Assembly: GCA_002269645.1 (NCBI GenBank)
Contig: NIVC01000185.1
Span: 27,169-91,168, forward strand
Direction: 5' to 3'
DNA length: 64,000 nucleotides
DNA from: Macrostomum lignano
Lineage: Eukaryota
The position numbers and the translations under genes were made by a program. Of this stretch, positions 47,841 to 60,000 are shown piece by piece (within the stretch, counting starts at the first letter, position 1; each line of letters starts with the position of its first letter). Below the pieces are notes generated by a model. The model had not been told where the DNA came from and ran no database searches. It saw nothing but the letters and a program-made list of their open reading frames with translations.

Positions 47841-50328
47841 GACGACCGGACTGACTCGCGGAAGTACCGTGGCGGAAGTGGCGGTAGAAGAGGTCGGCGA
47901 TAGACAGGCAGATTCTAGGCGGCTGCTTTTGGAGCGGGATTTGTCATCCCCGGTGGCTGTGGGTCAGTTGAAGGGTGGTTTGCTTTTACCTGGAGATGGT
48001 ATTTTTCTTAATTTTTATCTGCAAAGAATATGCAAGAATATGGAACAGCGCAAGGATACGAAACACGGATACCAGATCATCTGTATCAGTTGAAAGACGT
48101 CCTTAGCCTTCTAGAGTATCAATCTGCCTGCCCTTTGTCTGAATATTCGATAGTTAGTTGCATAGCTCACCCGGTTCGACTGATCCTAGGTGTGCTTTTG
48201 ATTGAAGTTTTTCGACATACGATACTGAAGGCGATAAAGCTGCGTCAGAGCTGCAGTTTAGGGCCAAAGTGCACTCAGACCCGCTGAAAATGCTTCTAAG
48301 CGTCTAACACATTCCCTTTCACTGCGTTCAGGCAGGCAGGCGGGGACAGGGCCAAGTCACCATTGGGTCTCGTCTCGCGGTGCAACGGCGCAAATGGTCG
48401 AGGAACATTCGGAAAGCTGGAACATCAGCCCCTCATCCCCAAAATGCAGGTCAGACTTTCGAGAGAAGGACGGGGAGCCTGGGAGGAAAACTACTGGGGT
48501 GCAGGGCGGGGTTTAGAATCATTTTTAGATTTCGCCATCCTGGAATTTTCCTTGCCCCACAGACAGAGGACGTTTCTGCGTAATTTCTAGCGCTTGCCAT
48601 TTTGCTTGGCCCAGGTGTACAGTCCATTTGTACAGTTACAGCAACACGTACAGGTTGGTGAATCAGAGAGAGGGGCAGTACGACAGGCCAAAGCTGATCG
48701 TTGCTATATCGATGCAGTTAAACACCGAAGAGAGGGAAGAAGTGGAGAAAGGGCTTAGCTGTGGCCTAGCAGCGGAGCTTTAGATTGTGCAACAGACTAC
48801 TTCAGAAGGATTAAGACACAAGTTTCAATGCTGTGGATACCATGCTTTAGAAAACTTTCAAGACTTCGTCTGACACATTCGTGTGCTATTTTTAAGCAAA
48901 TTTATTTAGTTTAAAATGGCCCATGACGATGAAAACTAGGAATGTTTCCAACAAAAGTTTTGTTATAATCGTTGTTTTGATTAAGTTGATGCACCGACGA
49001 GCGAGTCACCAACGCGGCACTGTATCGCCGACCTGGTCCATCCAAGCGACCTGTTGCTCGGTCGACGACTTCAACTTCCAGGCCTCATCATCCTAGAAAA
49101 GGATGTTGCTCCCAAAGCTTCAAACTTACTAATAGTTTCAAAGCCCACCACACTTTGGCTGACATCAAAGACTTTTTAGGCCTTTTAAAGATGAAAACCA
49201 TTTAAGATCTGCTAATGCATTCATGCTTAAACAAAAATCTGTCTGTATCCTGTCACGCCGTCCTCAGGGTGTGCCAAGCTGGCATGATAAAACTAGAGCC
49301 CATTTCCCCAGCTAGACTGGTTGCTCCTTAGACCTTATCTGGCTCGAAATAAAACCAAAAACAGTTGTACAAACAAGCATTTAAGCGGAACAACACGCGG
49401 CTGCTTACTCTGCGTCCGGTAAGAGTACCGGCCCGAGACTCCGCTGGACATGCCAATCTGCGCGCCGTTGATCTGAGGGCTTCCGAAGTTGCGGCGAAAA
49501 CTCTACCAGCTACGTACTGGGTCGTGAAGATTCTCCGCCTTTTATTTCCTAGCCACATGCTTTCCAGTCGATTTCAAGCTGGCGTACGCGAGCGAACTGC
49601 TTTTTCCCCAACGATCAGAAGTTAGGGAAAGGTAAAGTGTGTGCCCCTACCTGCGCCGCTGGATAATGAGGCTGTGAGGAATGCTGCACCTTGCAGTGGA
49701 ACAGAGCGACGGGGTAGTTGGAGAAAAGGAGGCATTGGTACTTGCACAATGCAGTAATACTGTATTATGTATTTTTGTTGTTTTTGTTGTTGTTGTTGTT
49801 GTTGCTTTTGTAAGAAAGATGTTTTCTAGCCGGTTTCTAGCTGGTATATTAATATATTAACACCAATGATAATAACCAATATTAATACCAATGATTTGCG
49901 CGCGTTAACGGCGCCTTTTGAGTAGTACGAGCTACATTAAAGCTCGTAAAGCATTTTCCATGAGTACATTGAACCCTTTCTAATTGAGTGAGCCACAGCT
50001 CTATTAAGCGCCCAAAAATTTTAGAAAACAAAAAATATTCAATGGTGGTGGCTCACCCTCACGTTCTAAACCCCCGTGCTTCACTCTCGGAATTTAGTCA
50101 TATAAGTTCTAGATTTCTATGGTGCAGCTTAGGCAAAGTGCCTGTAGTACAATATACTCTCTCATTATAATGAAAGATGCCTGCTGTCTATGGACAAAAC
50201 TTAGAGCAGAGTGATGCTATCTGTTAGTCTGTCACGAACTTTCATTGTGTCATGCTGTACGCTCATTATTCCACGCTTAGGGATCATTATTTTAGGCTTC
50301 TAAAAATACATTCATGAGACAATGTGTT

Positions 50329-50430
50329 TGTGTATATGGTTTTGTCATAGACAATGATAAATTTTAGTCACTCGTGGCTTCGCCACTCGTGAAAATTTTA
50401 TCATTGTCTACCTCCAAAACCATATACACA
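50329..50430. repeat. ~100-bp palindromic (hairpin) element
   Basis: TGTGTATATGGTTTTG/CAAAACCATATACACA and TAGACAATGATAAA/TTTATCATTGTCTA arms surround a central CACTCGTGGCTTCGCCACTCGTGAAAA. Confidence 0.85.
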
Positions 50431-50683
50431 ATCTATCATTGGTAGGTAGTATAGCGAAAAAAGGTCAGTCAAAAAGAAAGTCTAGCAGCAGACTGCTACT
50501 TGAGGCATATTTTGGCAATCAACTTGTTCAGAAGAGTGCAGCACAGCAAGGCGGCATGCAGAAGCGTTTTATGGAACAAGGCTAGCTTTGTGGCGGCGCA
50601 TTGTGTATTTAATAGAAGCGTCACAAGACTATATATATATATATATAATATTTATTTATTTATGATGAATGTTCAGTGCGAAC

Positions 50684-50825
50684 TCAAATCTGCTGCTGGA
50701 ATGAATAAATGCCTGCGCTGCCCACTGCCGATACTACTAACAAGCAGACAGCTGGTAGAATGGCAAAGCCGGAGCCGCACTCGGAGCTGTCCTCCTGAAA
50801 TGCGTATGATGGATATCTATTTTAG

Positions 50826-50908
<83 letters not shown>

Positions 50909-50909
50909 G

Positions 50910-50948
<39 letters not shown>

Positions 50949-50957
50949 GTGTCTGTG

Positions 50958-51008
<51 letters not shown>

Positions 51009-54000
51009 GTGTCTGTCTGTGTGTCTGTCTGTCTGTCTGTCTGTCTTAGTGTCTGTCTGTCTGTCTTAGTGTCTGTCTGTCTGTCTTTCTGTCTGTCTGC
51101 TGAGTCCGTCAGTCCCTCACCCGCGGATGCCATCTGTAGCAGCTGTTCGGCCGCATGCGGAAGCGTGACTCCATGGTGCACACATCTGGCCCGGGGTCTT
51201 CGCGCGTCTCCCGTAGCAGCTCCGTGAAGTCCAGCCGGTCGTCGCCATCGGCTCCGTCGACTGGCTCCCTGGCCAGCAGCAATGCCGGATCGACGGCCGG
51301 AGACCGGCTGACGGCCACCAGCAGCAGGTTGGTGCCGTTGAGAAACAGCACCGTCACGCTGCGGCCCAGCGAGTCAACAGATTGGAAGGTTTCGCGACCC
51401 TGCGGCTCACTGCGGAGTTGATCAAAAAAATAAGCTGGCGGTGAATTCGCGAGACAACTGATTTACTTTCCTTCATTTCCCCGAATTCTTTTCTAACAGC
51501 TGATTATGAGTCTGAAAAGTTAAAACGAGCTGCATGCAAGTTGTAATATTTACTTTTTAGCTGATTTCTGTAGCTCTATATTTTAGGTACCTTCTTCTCT
51601 CCTCTTGATACAGAATAGGTCTAAAAATAGAATGTGCAGTTAGACTCTTATTCCGCGTCACCTTAATGTACTCCATCTCGAAATTTAGATAGTGCAGTTT
51701 CACCCATTTCGCGTCACTCTAATGTACGATCTACACTGTCTAAAAATAGAACTGTGCAGTCCCAAGCCATTTCACGTCAGTCTAATGTACACTGTGTCCA
51801 AAAATAGAACTGTGCAGTCCCACCCCATTTCTCGTCATTCTAATGTACACTGTGTCCAAAAATAGAACTGTGCAGTCCCACCCCATTTCTCGTCATTCTA
51901 ATGTACACTGTGTCCAAAAATAGAACTGTGCAGTCCCACCCCATTTCTCGTCATTCTAATGTACACTGTGTCCAAAAATAGAACTGTGCAGTCAACCCTA
52001 TTTCTCGTCATTCTAATGTACACTGTGTCCAAAAATAGAACTGTGCAGTCCCACCCTATTTCTCGTCATTCTAATGTACACTGTGTCCAAAAATAGAACT
52101 GTGCAGTCCCACCCCATTTCTCGTCGTTCTAATGTACAATGTGTCTAAAAATAGAATATTGCAGTCAAACCCTATTTCGCAACACTCTAATGTACACTGG
52201 ATGGAAAAATAGAACTGTAGGACACGTGCATTGGACCGTCCCCTTCCTGCTTTAACTATACCGAAGGAATCGCGATTACATACCCCTCTTCATGTACTTA
52301 TAAATTTGATTATGAATTTTCTAATTGTGTAACTTTTATACTTTATAGCATTGAAAAGATGATTTCAAGACTTTTATACCCTCTGAATGACGTGTACGAA
52401 TGATAACTTAAACATACCCTTGGAGATGCAATTCAAAAATGACAGCCTTAAACGGTAAAATCATGAACGAGAGGCATGCATGCATGCACAGGCAAGTTTT
52501 TGATGTCATGCACACTATAGTAATAATGTTTTTCTGCGTCTCAGAGTAGACTATAAATAATATTCCTATGCATGCAGTGACAATAATTCCAACTTGCATG
52601 AACTCTAAGTTCTCTACGTAAATTGTGGTGATTCATGCACTTACAATTAATTAATTACAAGTATTGATTAACTATTCGGTGTAACCAGCCCCTCAGTAGA
52701 GAGTTGGGGGGTTGTAGGTTACAAATTGAGTGACACACTGAGCCAGGAAACAAGCAATATTATAAGTACACGAGGTCCTGAAAAGGCACACCAATTTGTA
52801 CATTCCAACAGATGCCTTAACATTTGCATTCCGAGAGTACACGCGCACACTTACAGACACGTAAGCCGCCAATCCATGCGAATACTCGTAAAAGGCACTG
52901 GGAAATATCGCTACCCATTTGGTCATTTGAATTCGAATGCGATTCTGAATGAGAAAAATTCGTCACTATGATTACATAACAGTTTCTGTCTTCGCAACTT
53001 GTTTGAATCTCAATCTTCACTGCGACCGAACAGTGAAAGGCTAGATCTGTCTCATCTATCTCATCTATCTCATCTATCTTATCTGTCTCATCTATCTCAT
53101 CTGTCTCATCTGTCTCAGCTATCTCATCTGTCTTATCTATCTCAAATATTTCATCTATCTCATCTGTCTCATCTATCTCATCTATCTCATCTATCTCATC
53201 TATCTCATCTATCTCATCTGTCTCATCTATCTCAAATATTTCATCTATCTCATCTGTCTCATCTATCTCATCTATCTCATCTATCTCATCTATCTCATCT
53301 GTCTCATCTGTCTCATCTATCTCATCTGTCTCATCCATCTCATCTATCTCATCTGTCTCATCTGTCTCATCTGTCTCATCTATCTCATCTGTCTCATCTG
53401 TCTCATCTGTCTCATCTGTCTCATCTATCTCATCTATCTCATCCATCTCATCTATCTCATCTATCTCATCTGTCTCATCTATTTCATCTGTCTCATCTAT
53501 CTCATCTGTCTCATCTATCTCATCTGTCTCATCTGTCTCATCTATCTCATCTGTCTCATCCATCTCATCTATCTCATCTGTCTCATCTGTCTCATCTGTC
53601 TCATCCATCTCATCTATCTCATCTGTCTCATCTGTCTCATCTGTCTCATCTATCTCATCTGTCTCATCTACCTCATCCATCTCATCTATCTCATCCATCT
53701 CATCTATCTCGTCTATCTCGAATTTATCTCATCCATCTCATCTATCTCGAATTTATCTCATCTAACTAACAGATTCTACAATCGCAAACAAGCTGACCAA
53801 ATGGGCAAATGGGGAAATATTGTCAGCGTCAGGAAAAGCGAGCACGAGAAACGGCAGAGAGCACAGGGTCAGGCCTATCGGCAAGGGCACAGTTATAAAT
53901 ATTGATTATAGAGACTGGAAAGCTGGATAGCGTTATTAATAAGAGACAAAATATGGTGTTTTAAACAAAAAATTACACATATTTTAAGTATATTAGACTA

Positions 54001-57000
54001 AATTAACGAATTTGTACCTGCTAAAATGCCTGAAATGGAAGATTATCGAGAGAATGTTTGTTTAGTCCGTCAGGCGAGAGCTGTCGTGAAACAGAGCGTT
54101 ATCAAGTGTTTTAAAAAGCTTATTGTGTTAGTAATAATGGGTGACTGTAGTCAACGGAAGAGAAGTAAAGAGTTGCCCAAAATTCCAGTTATTAAAAGTA
54201 ATGCTTCAATCTGAAAGCAGACAATCTGCAAGTAGAGCACCAAAAAGAAATATTCACTTGCAAAGCAGATAAACTACCAATGTAAAAGAAGGAATTCCCG
54301 TTTAGATAACCGCTAAGGCTAACAAGGTCGCGAGAATTCCCTCTGGACAGAGACCAAACTACCAAAGCGAAGGGAATTCTCTCTAAGACAGCTATAAAAC
54401 CTACCAGGGCGAGGGGAATTCCTTCTTAGACAGCTATAAAACCCACCAGGGCGAGGGGAATTCCCTCTGACAGCCATTAAAACTACCAGGGCGAGGGGAA
54501 TTCCCTCTTAGACAGCCATCAAAACTACCAGGGCGAGGGGAATTCCCTCTTAGACAGCCATCAAATCTACCAGGGCGAGGGGAATTCTCTCTGACAGCTA
54601 TAAAACCTACCAGGGCGAGGGGAATTCCTTCTGACAGCCCTCAAAACTACCAGGGCGAGGGGAATTCCTTCTGACAGCAGAATGTGAGTGAAAAAAGGTC
54701 GCAACTTCGCCTGCATCTTTGAAAACAAGAAATAGACCATTAAGATTAAGGTAAATAGATTCAATTTTGCAAGAAGGCAATTAGTCTTTTCATGAGGCAA
54801 CGCAGCTATATGGCTTAATCTTGAACGTCACAGCAAAGCATTGAGCTAATTTGCTATTGATCAGCAATCTGAATCGATTGTTAAATCGCACTACTTACCG
54901 ATAGTAGCGATAGCCGAGTTTTATACAGCTATCGGGCTGCTGCGCCAGGGCGGAGTGGGCCAGCCACACCAGACCCGGGACAGTCAGCAGCTGGCGCTCC
55001 AGGCTATTGCCAGCCGTTGCTAGGCAACCGAGCGCCGCCGAGGCCAGGCCACCAGCTGCGACAGTCAATGACGCGGCTGAGTTCTTTGGCGGCTGCACCT
55101 TCCGTTTGATGCAACTACCCTGATAGTCGTATTCTTGCACGCTGAGGCGGTGGCGTGTGGCGGTGGTGTAACATTGGGGTGTAACATCGATGGGTAGCAT
55201 TGGTGGGTAGCATTGGTGGGTAGCATTGGTGGGTAGCATTGGTGGGTAGCATTGGTGGGTACCAGTGGTGGGTACCAGTGGTGGGTACCAGTGGTGGGTA
55301 GCATTGGTGGGTACCAGTGGTGGGTACCAGTGGTGGGTACCAGTGGTGGGTACCAGTGGTGGGTAGCAGTGGTGGGTAGCATTGGTGGGTACCAGTGGTG
55401 GGTACCAGTGGTGGGTAGCAGTGGTGGGTAGCAGTGGTGGGTACCAGTGGTGGGTACCAGTGGTGGGTAGCATTGGTGGGTACCAGTGGTGGGTAGCAGT
55501 GGTGGGTAGCATTGGTGGGTACCAGTGGTGGGTACCAGTGGTGGGTAGCAGTGGTGGGTAGCATTGGTGGGTACCAGTGGTGGGTACCAGTGGTGGGTAG
55601 CATTGGTGGGTACCAGTGGTGGGTACCAGTGGTGGGTAGCAGTGGTGGGTAGCAGTGGTGGGTACCAGTGGTGGGTAGCATTGGTGGGTACCAGTGGTGG
55701 GTACCAGTGGTGGGTAGTATGGTGGGTACCAGTGGTGGGTAGCAGTGGTGGGTAGCAGTTGAATAGGCTGTGCGTAGCCAGCCTACCATTGGCTCCCTAG
55801 AATGAATTCGTTGCACATTTTGTGCGCCACCTTCATTCAAACCAGGAGTCTATCTCACCTGCCGTAAACAGACAAATTGTATATCAGGTGTCGCATCAGG
55901 GGCTTGTCAACGTGTCCGAGAAAATGTCCGATCACCTGAGAGTGAGCAAATAAAACAAATAAAACAAAATTATGCTGATTAATTTAAGGTCTCGAAGTAA
56001 GTACTCGTACCTGAATGCTGAGAACTTGTTGTCTTTGATAGATTCAAAATTTAAATTTGGGCAGGAATTAGCTCGGACATGAAGATTGGGTCAGGCAAAA
56101 AGCAAATTTAAAATACATTCAGTGACAGCTGATACGCTATAGATGATATATGATAGGTGACAGGTGATTGATGACAGGTGATAGGTGACAGGTGATAGGT
56201 GACAGGTGACAGGTGATTGATGACAGGTGAATGGTGACAGGTGACAGGTGATTGATGACAGATGATTGATGACAGGTGATAGGTGACAGGTGATAGGTGA
56301 CAGGTGATAGGTGACAGGTGATAGGTGACAGGTGATAGGTGACAGGTGATAGGTGACAGGTGATAGGTGACAGGTGATAGGTGACAGGTGATAGGTGACA
56401 GGTGATAGGTGACAGGTGATAGGTGACAGGTGATAGGTGACAGGTGATAGGTGACAGGTGATAGGTGACAGGTGATAGGTGACAGGTGATAGGTGACAGG
56501 TGATAGGTGACAGGTGATAGGTGACAGGTGATAGGTGACAGGTGATAGGTGACAGGTGATAGGTGACAGGTGATAGGTGACAGGTGATAGGTGACAGGTG
56601 ATAGGTGACAGGTGATAGGTGACAGGTGATAGGTGACAGGTGACAGGTGACTGATGACAGGTGATTGATGACAGGTGATTAGTGACAGGTGATGGGTGAC
56701 AGGTGACAGTCGACAGGTGACAGGTGATTGATGACAGGTGATTGATGACAGGTGATTGGTGACAGGTGACAGGTGATTGATGACAGGTGAATGGTGACAG
56801 GTGACAGGTGATTGATGACAGATGATTGATGACAGGTGATAGGTGACAGGTGATAGGTGACAGGTGATAGGTGACAGGTGACAGGTGACAGGTGATTGAT
56901 GACAGGTGATTGATGACAGGTGATAGGTGACAGGTGACAGGTGACAGGTGATAGGTGACAGGTGATAGGTGACAGGTGATAGGTGACAGGTGATAGGTGA

Positions 57001-60000
57001 CAGGTGACAGGTGACAGGTGATAGGTGCCTGCTCACCTCGTGGCGCTCATTCGCTGACACAATGTAGCCGCCGTCCTCCAGCAGGTAGCAGGTGTTGTTG
57101 GCCAACTGCAGGTTGCACAGTGAGCCAAAGGTACTGTTGAAGATGCTGCCGGAGATCCAACGCCACGACAAGGTCACGCCAGCCACTGGCAGAATGAGGA
57201 TTGGGTGGGTCGAGTTTCTGTGCCATTCCAGCTACTGTTCATAGCAGAAAAAGTTGAACGCTATCTAGAGTAGGGAAAAGTCTCTAAGGTAGAATGAGAG
57301 TAGAATGAGACTGGAGCAGAAGCCAACAGCATCTTGAAGAGTTTTTTGAGTCGAGTGTAGGCTAATCTAAATTAGAACCTAAATTAGCATCCTACCGGCA
57401 ACTTTGAAACTGTCTGGCCCCATCGTGACCGCCTGGAACATGGTGACGGGCGGCGGCTCGGCGGGCCCGATCTCCTCGTTGCTGACCACAGGCAGAGCGG
57501 TGGACGCGGTGGTTGAAGCACCGGCAGCGAATTCCGAATAAGCCAGTCCTTCCTGCCTGCCAGCCGATGGAGGAACCTCTGCCGAGCGGAGGAGTTGTGA
57601 GGTGTTTTGCATCGGCTATAGATGTTCAGTAAGCAGATAGAAGGCTGTTTTGCCAGATACTCTAGCTACGAGCGTACCTTCGGTGAAATCGTCTCAAACC
57701 ACAAGCTGAGGCAATTCAGCCCCTGCATTTCCTCTGACTCTGACTCTCGCGCCAGGACCCAGCTGCTTCAATCCGCACCCGTGAGGGGCCAACCCCCAAG
57801 GCGCAGGGTGTGTACATGCCTGATGATTAGAAAGTCAAAGGGCCGTTGTACACCCTGTGTGAGCGTGTTGGGGCGCTTGCATGTGCTCAGGAGTCAGCGG
57901 AGTGTCAGCAGTCAGCGGAATGTCAGGAGTCAGCGCTGGTTGTAGGACAATGTCTGTGTTAGTAAGCCCACAGCTCTCGCGAATTTATTATTACTGGTAG
58001 TACGCAGACTCTGGTGGGACTCACCACCGCTCTTGAATGGCACAACTGACGCGAAGATCAGATCCGGCCGTTCAAAAGCTCGCTGATAGTAGCCCTCGAA
58101 CCAGCCCTCCCGCCAGCTCTGATAGCGAGACGCCTCGGCCGCTGGCAGCACGCCCATGATGCCGCTGAGACCGGTGACGAACACGGACCTGACGGTTGAC
58201 CCAACGAAGGTCATCTCGTTGAACAACTCCTCGTATAGCGCCATGTCGAGGGCCACCGCGCGCACCCAGTGCTCGTTGCAGGCGCTCCGGTTGTGCATGA
58301 AAGTCTCCAGCAGGTTTGCCATGTTGTGCGGGGCGTGCCGGATGTGCTCGACTACTTCCGGCGGCTTTGCTGCGGCCCGGTTACCTGGCGGTACTAGGGT
58401 TGGTGTCGCCGAGGTCGAAGCAGCTTTTGGCGTTGTCAGCGACGGCGGCAGAGGCCGCCACTCTTGCGCACTGCGACGCTGTCGACGCACCTGCGGAGGC
58501 GTCTGCTGTGTCGACGGTGCCGGGGGCGGAGGCGGCGGTGGCGGCGGAAGTGGGATAAAGTACTCCCGACAGTAGGGCGTCTTGCTGGACACGAGGTATT
58601 CGTGCCACTTGCTGGGGAACTTGGCCTGTCTATTGGGATGAAAGCCTCTCTCATCCGTGACGTCGATAACGGTGATGAATGGATCCACAGCAGTTGGGTT
58701 TTCGTGACGCTGCCGACTGATGGTGACGGCCAGTGATGGGCTGAACTCGGCGTACCTGTTTCCTGATGGTGGCAGCACGACTGAGACGCTGTGGAGCGAG
58801 GAGAGGCGCAGTGGATAATTCGATTTACGAGTGTTATCCTCAACTGGAAAACTCGAACAAGCATTAAAGCGTTTATTTTAGTTAGATTTAATATTTTATT
58901 CCAGCTAGATTGTTTGCAGGGGGGGCTTTAGGCACAGCGCAAATTTAGTTAGATTAGAAGGAGCAGTCGACCCGCAACCAGGGTGAAGAATAGCAGTTCG
59001 GCTGACTCAGTACACGCATAAGATCACACGGGGTGTACGAGCTACAGCAGCCTTGACTGCCAGGGGTTGGCCCTCATAGGCAAGAATCCGAATTGAACAA
59101 ATAATAATAATAATTATAGTAATAGAAATAATAATAATAATAATCTATTACACCTGCCTCAATTGGGCCAGATGTGCAACCGACAGCTCAAACGCAGCTA
59201 TTGCGTGGCACATCTGATAGCTGCGTACGGCTGTTCAGTCCAAGGACTGGGGGGTCGCCACACACACCCTCAATTACCCCAGCTAATGCTGGCACCCATT
59301 TTAAAGCTGGTGAACTGAAGCAATGCAGAGTTAAGTGGTCTTGCTCAAGGACACAAATTGTTCCTGTGGGATCAGAAATCGAACCCACGGCCTTCAAGTC
59401 GTGAGTCCGATGCTCTGACCACTAGGCTAAAACCCTAAAAACTAAGCAAAGACGATGACCGCGTCGAGTATTTTTTGAGGCAGAATGTGTTATTCGCTTA
59501 GTTAGCCTGTTCTGAGGGGCTCAAATTAAAGTGCAATCAAGGTATACACCCACGCAAACGCTGTCCTGTTGACATTAGTAAACGCATAGTTCCGCTCAGC
59601 CCAGTATGTGTGAACCGAGTCGGATATCTTGAGAAAGTTCGGTATCCTCTCTTCGTAAAGTTGAAACGTCGCCTCCGTTCTCCCGGTCGCTTTAATGATT
59701 TTCTTACGCACGCTGCGCTTGAGCTCGCTGTCAAACTCCACCTCGATCAGATCCACATTGGGCGAGTCTGCGAGCCAGCCGTACTGTTTGGAATTAAGAG
59801 GAATTCAGGGGTGGGTTGGTGAACTGCTTATGTTCTCATTCTATTGTCATCAAACAATCATTCATATGCTATATTCATTGAAGTAGTAATGAAATTTTAT
59901 TGCATGCCATTTTGGTTTGTTTTGTTCACCATGTGCCGAAACGCACCTGGGCCTTCAGTTCCGGGTGGAACACGATGTAGCCATTGGAGTTTACTGCAAA

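Noticed and set aside
52817-53769. Acidic DETDEI-repeat ORF (293 aa) and its SHL-repeat antisense
   Set aside because: 9-bp tandem repeat in an alpha2delta intron; flanking exons splice around it with matching phase.
56137-57036. CHLSP-repeat extension of ORF 56137-57186
   Set aside because: Only 57037-57185 is a real alpha2delta exon; the rest is intronic minisatellite after a GAG|GTGAGC donor.
57810-57860. Hammerhead-like CTGATGA...GAAA core
   Set aside because: Only TTA lies between CTGATGA and GAAA (no stem II), there is no correctly placed UH cleavage site, and the core is not conserved in the 14.3-kb copy.
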